This document shows, piece by piece, positions 63,831 to 64,000 of a DNA stretch of 64,000 nt. The position numbers were made by a program, and so were the translations under genes. The notes beneath the pieces are model-generated. The model saw only the letters and a list, made by a program, of their open reading frames with translations, made no database searches and was not told where the DNA came from. Origin of the DNA: Haplodiscus bocki. Lineage: Eukaryota. Numbering within the stretch: position 1 is the first letter of the stretch; each line of letters opens with the position of its first letter. The DNA lies in assembly GCA_965655095.1 (NCBI GenBank), contig OZ296657.1, positions 34,224,001 through 34,288,000 on the forward strand. The letters are read 5' to 3'.

Positions 63831-64000
63831 ACTAAATCACAATGCTCAGATTGATTCACAATCCTGGAATACGTGGAGGGTATCACAATCTGAGCTTAAA
63901 TCAAATATCAAATCAATACTCTTTTAATGCTCTCGCTTCGATGTTCGAGCCCCACCAGGGGCCTATTTTTGGGAATAGCAAACTATTTCCCGTTTTGCTT

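Overview
AT-rich, repeat-dense eukaryotic DNA, probably from an invertebrate animal (inferred from the TE families and a GT-AG intron). Only one host gene is supported: a two-exon 11-beta-hydroxysteroid-dehydrogenase-like SDR (12833-11627, minus strand). The main feature is a fully bounded 10.6-kb Polinton/Maverick-type endogenous virus at 29674-40266, with AGTAGT...ACTACT ends, ~227-bp TIRs and a perfect 6-bp TSD (TTGATA). It carries a complete virion module (major capsid, penton, packaging ATPase, adenain-type protease, core-like and 2-TM proteins) and an RVE integrase. It has no protein-primed DNA polymerase. Its integrase has an N-terminal PHD-like finger and no C-terminal chromodomain, and the element also encodes a parvovirus-type PLA2-like protein and an ORF with an HUH-like motif. 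Many of its genes carry one or two stops or frameshifts. The rest of the window is decayed TEs (CR1/L2-like LINE, Penelope, two hATs with 8-bp TSDs, two Tc1/IS630-type remnants, MITEs), a 510-bp palindrome, and four clusters of an old ~172-bp tandem repeat. All calls come from motif recognition by eye; no searches were run.
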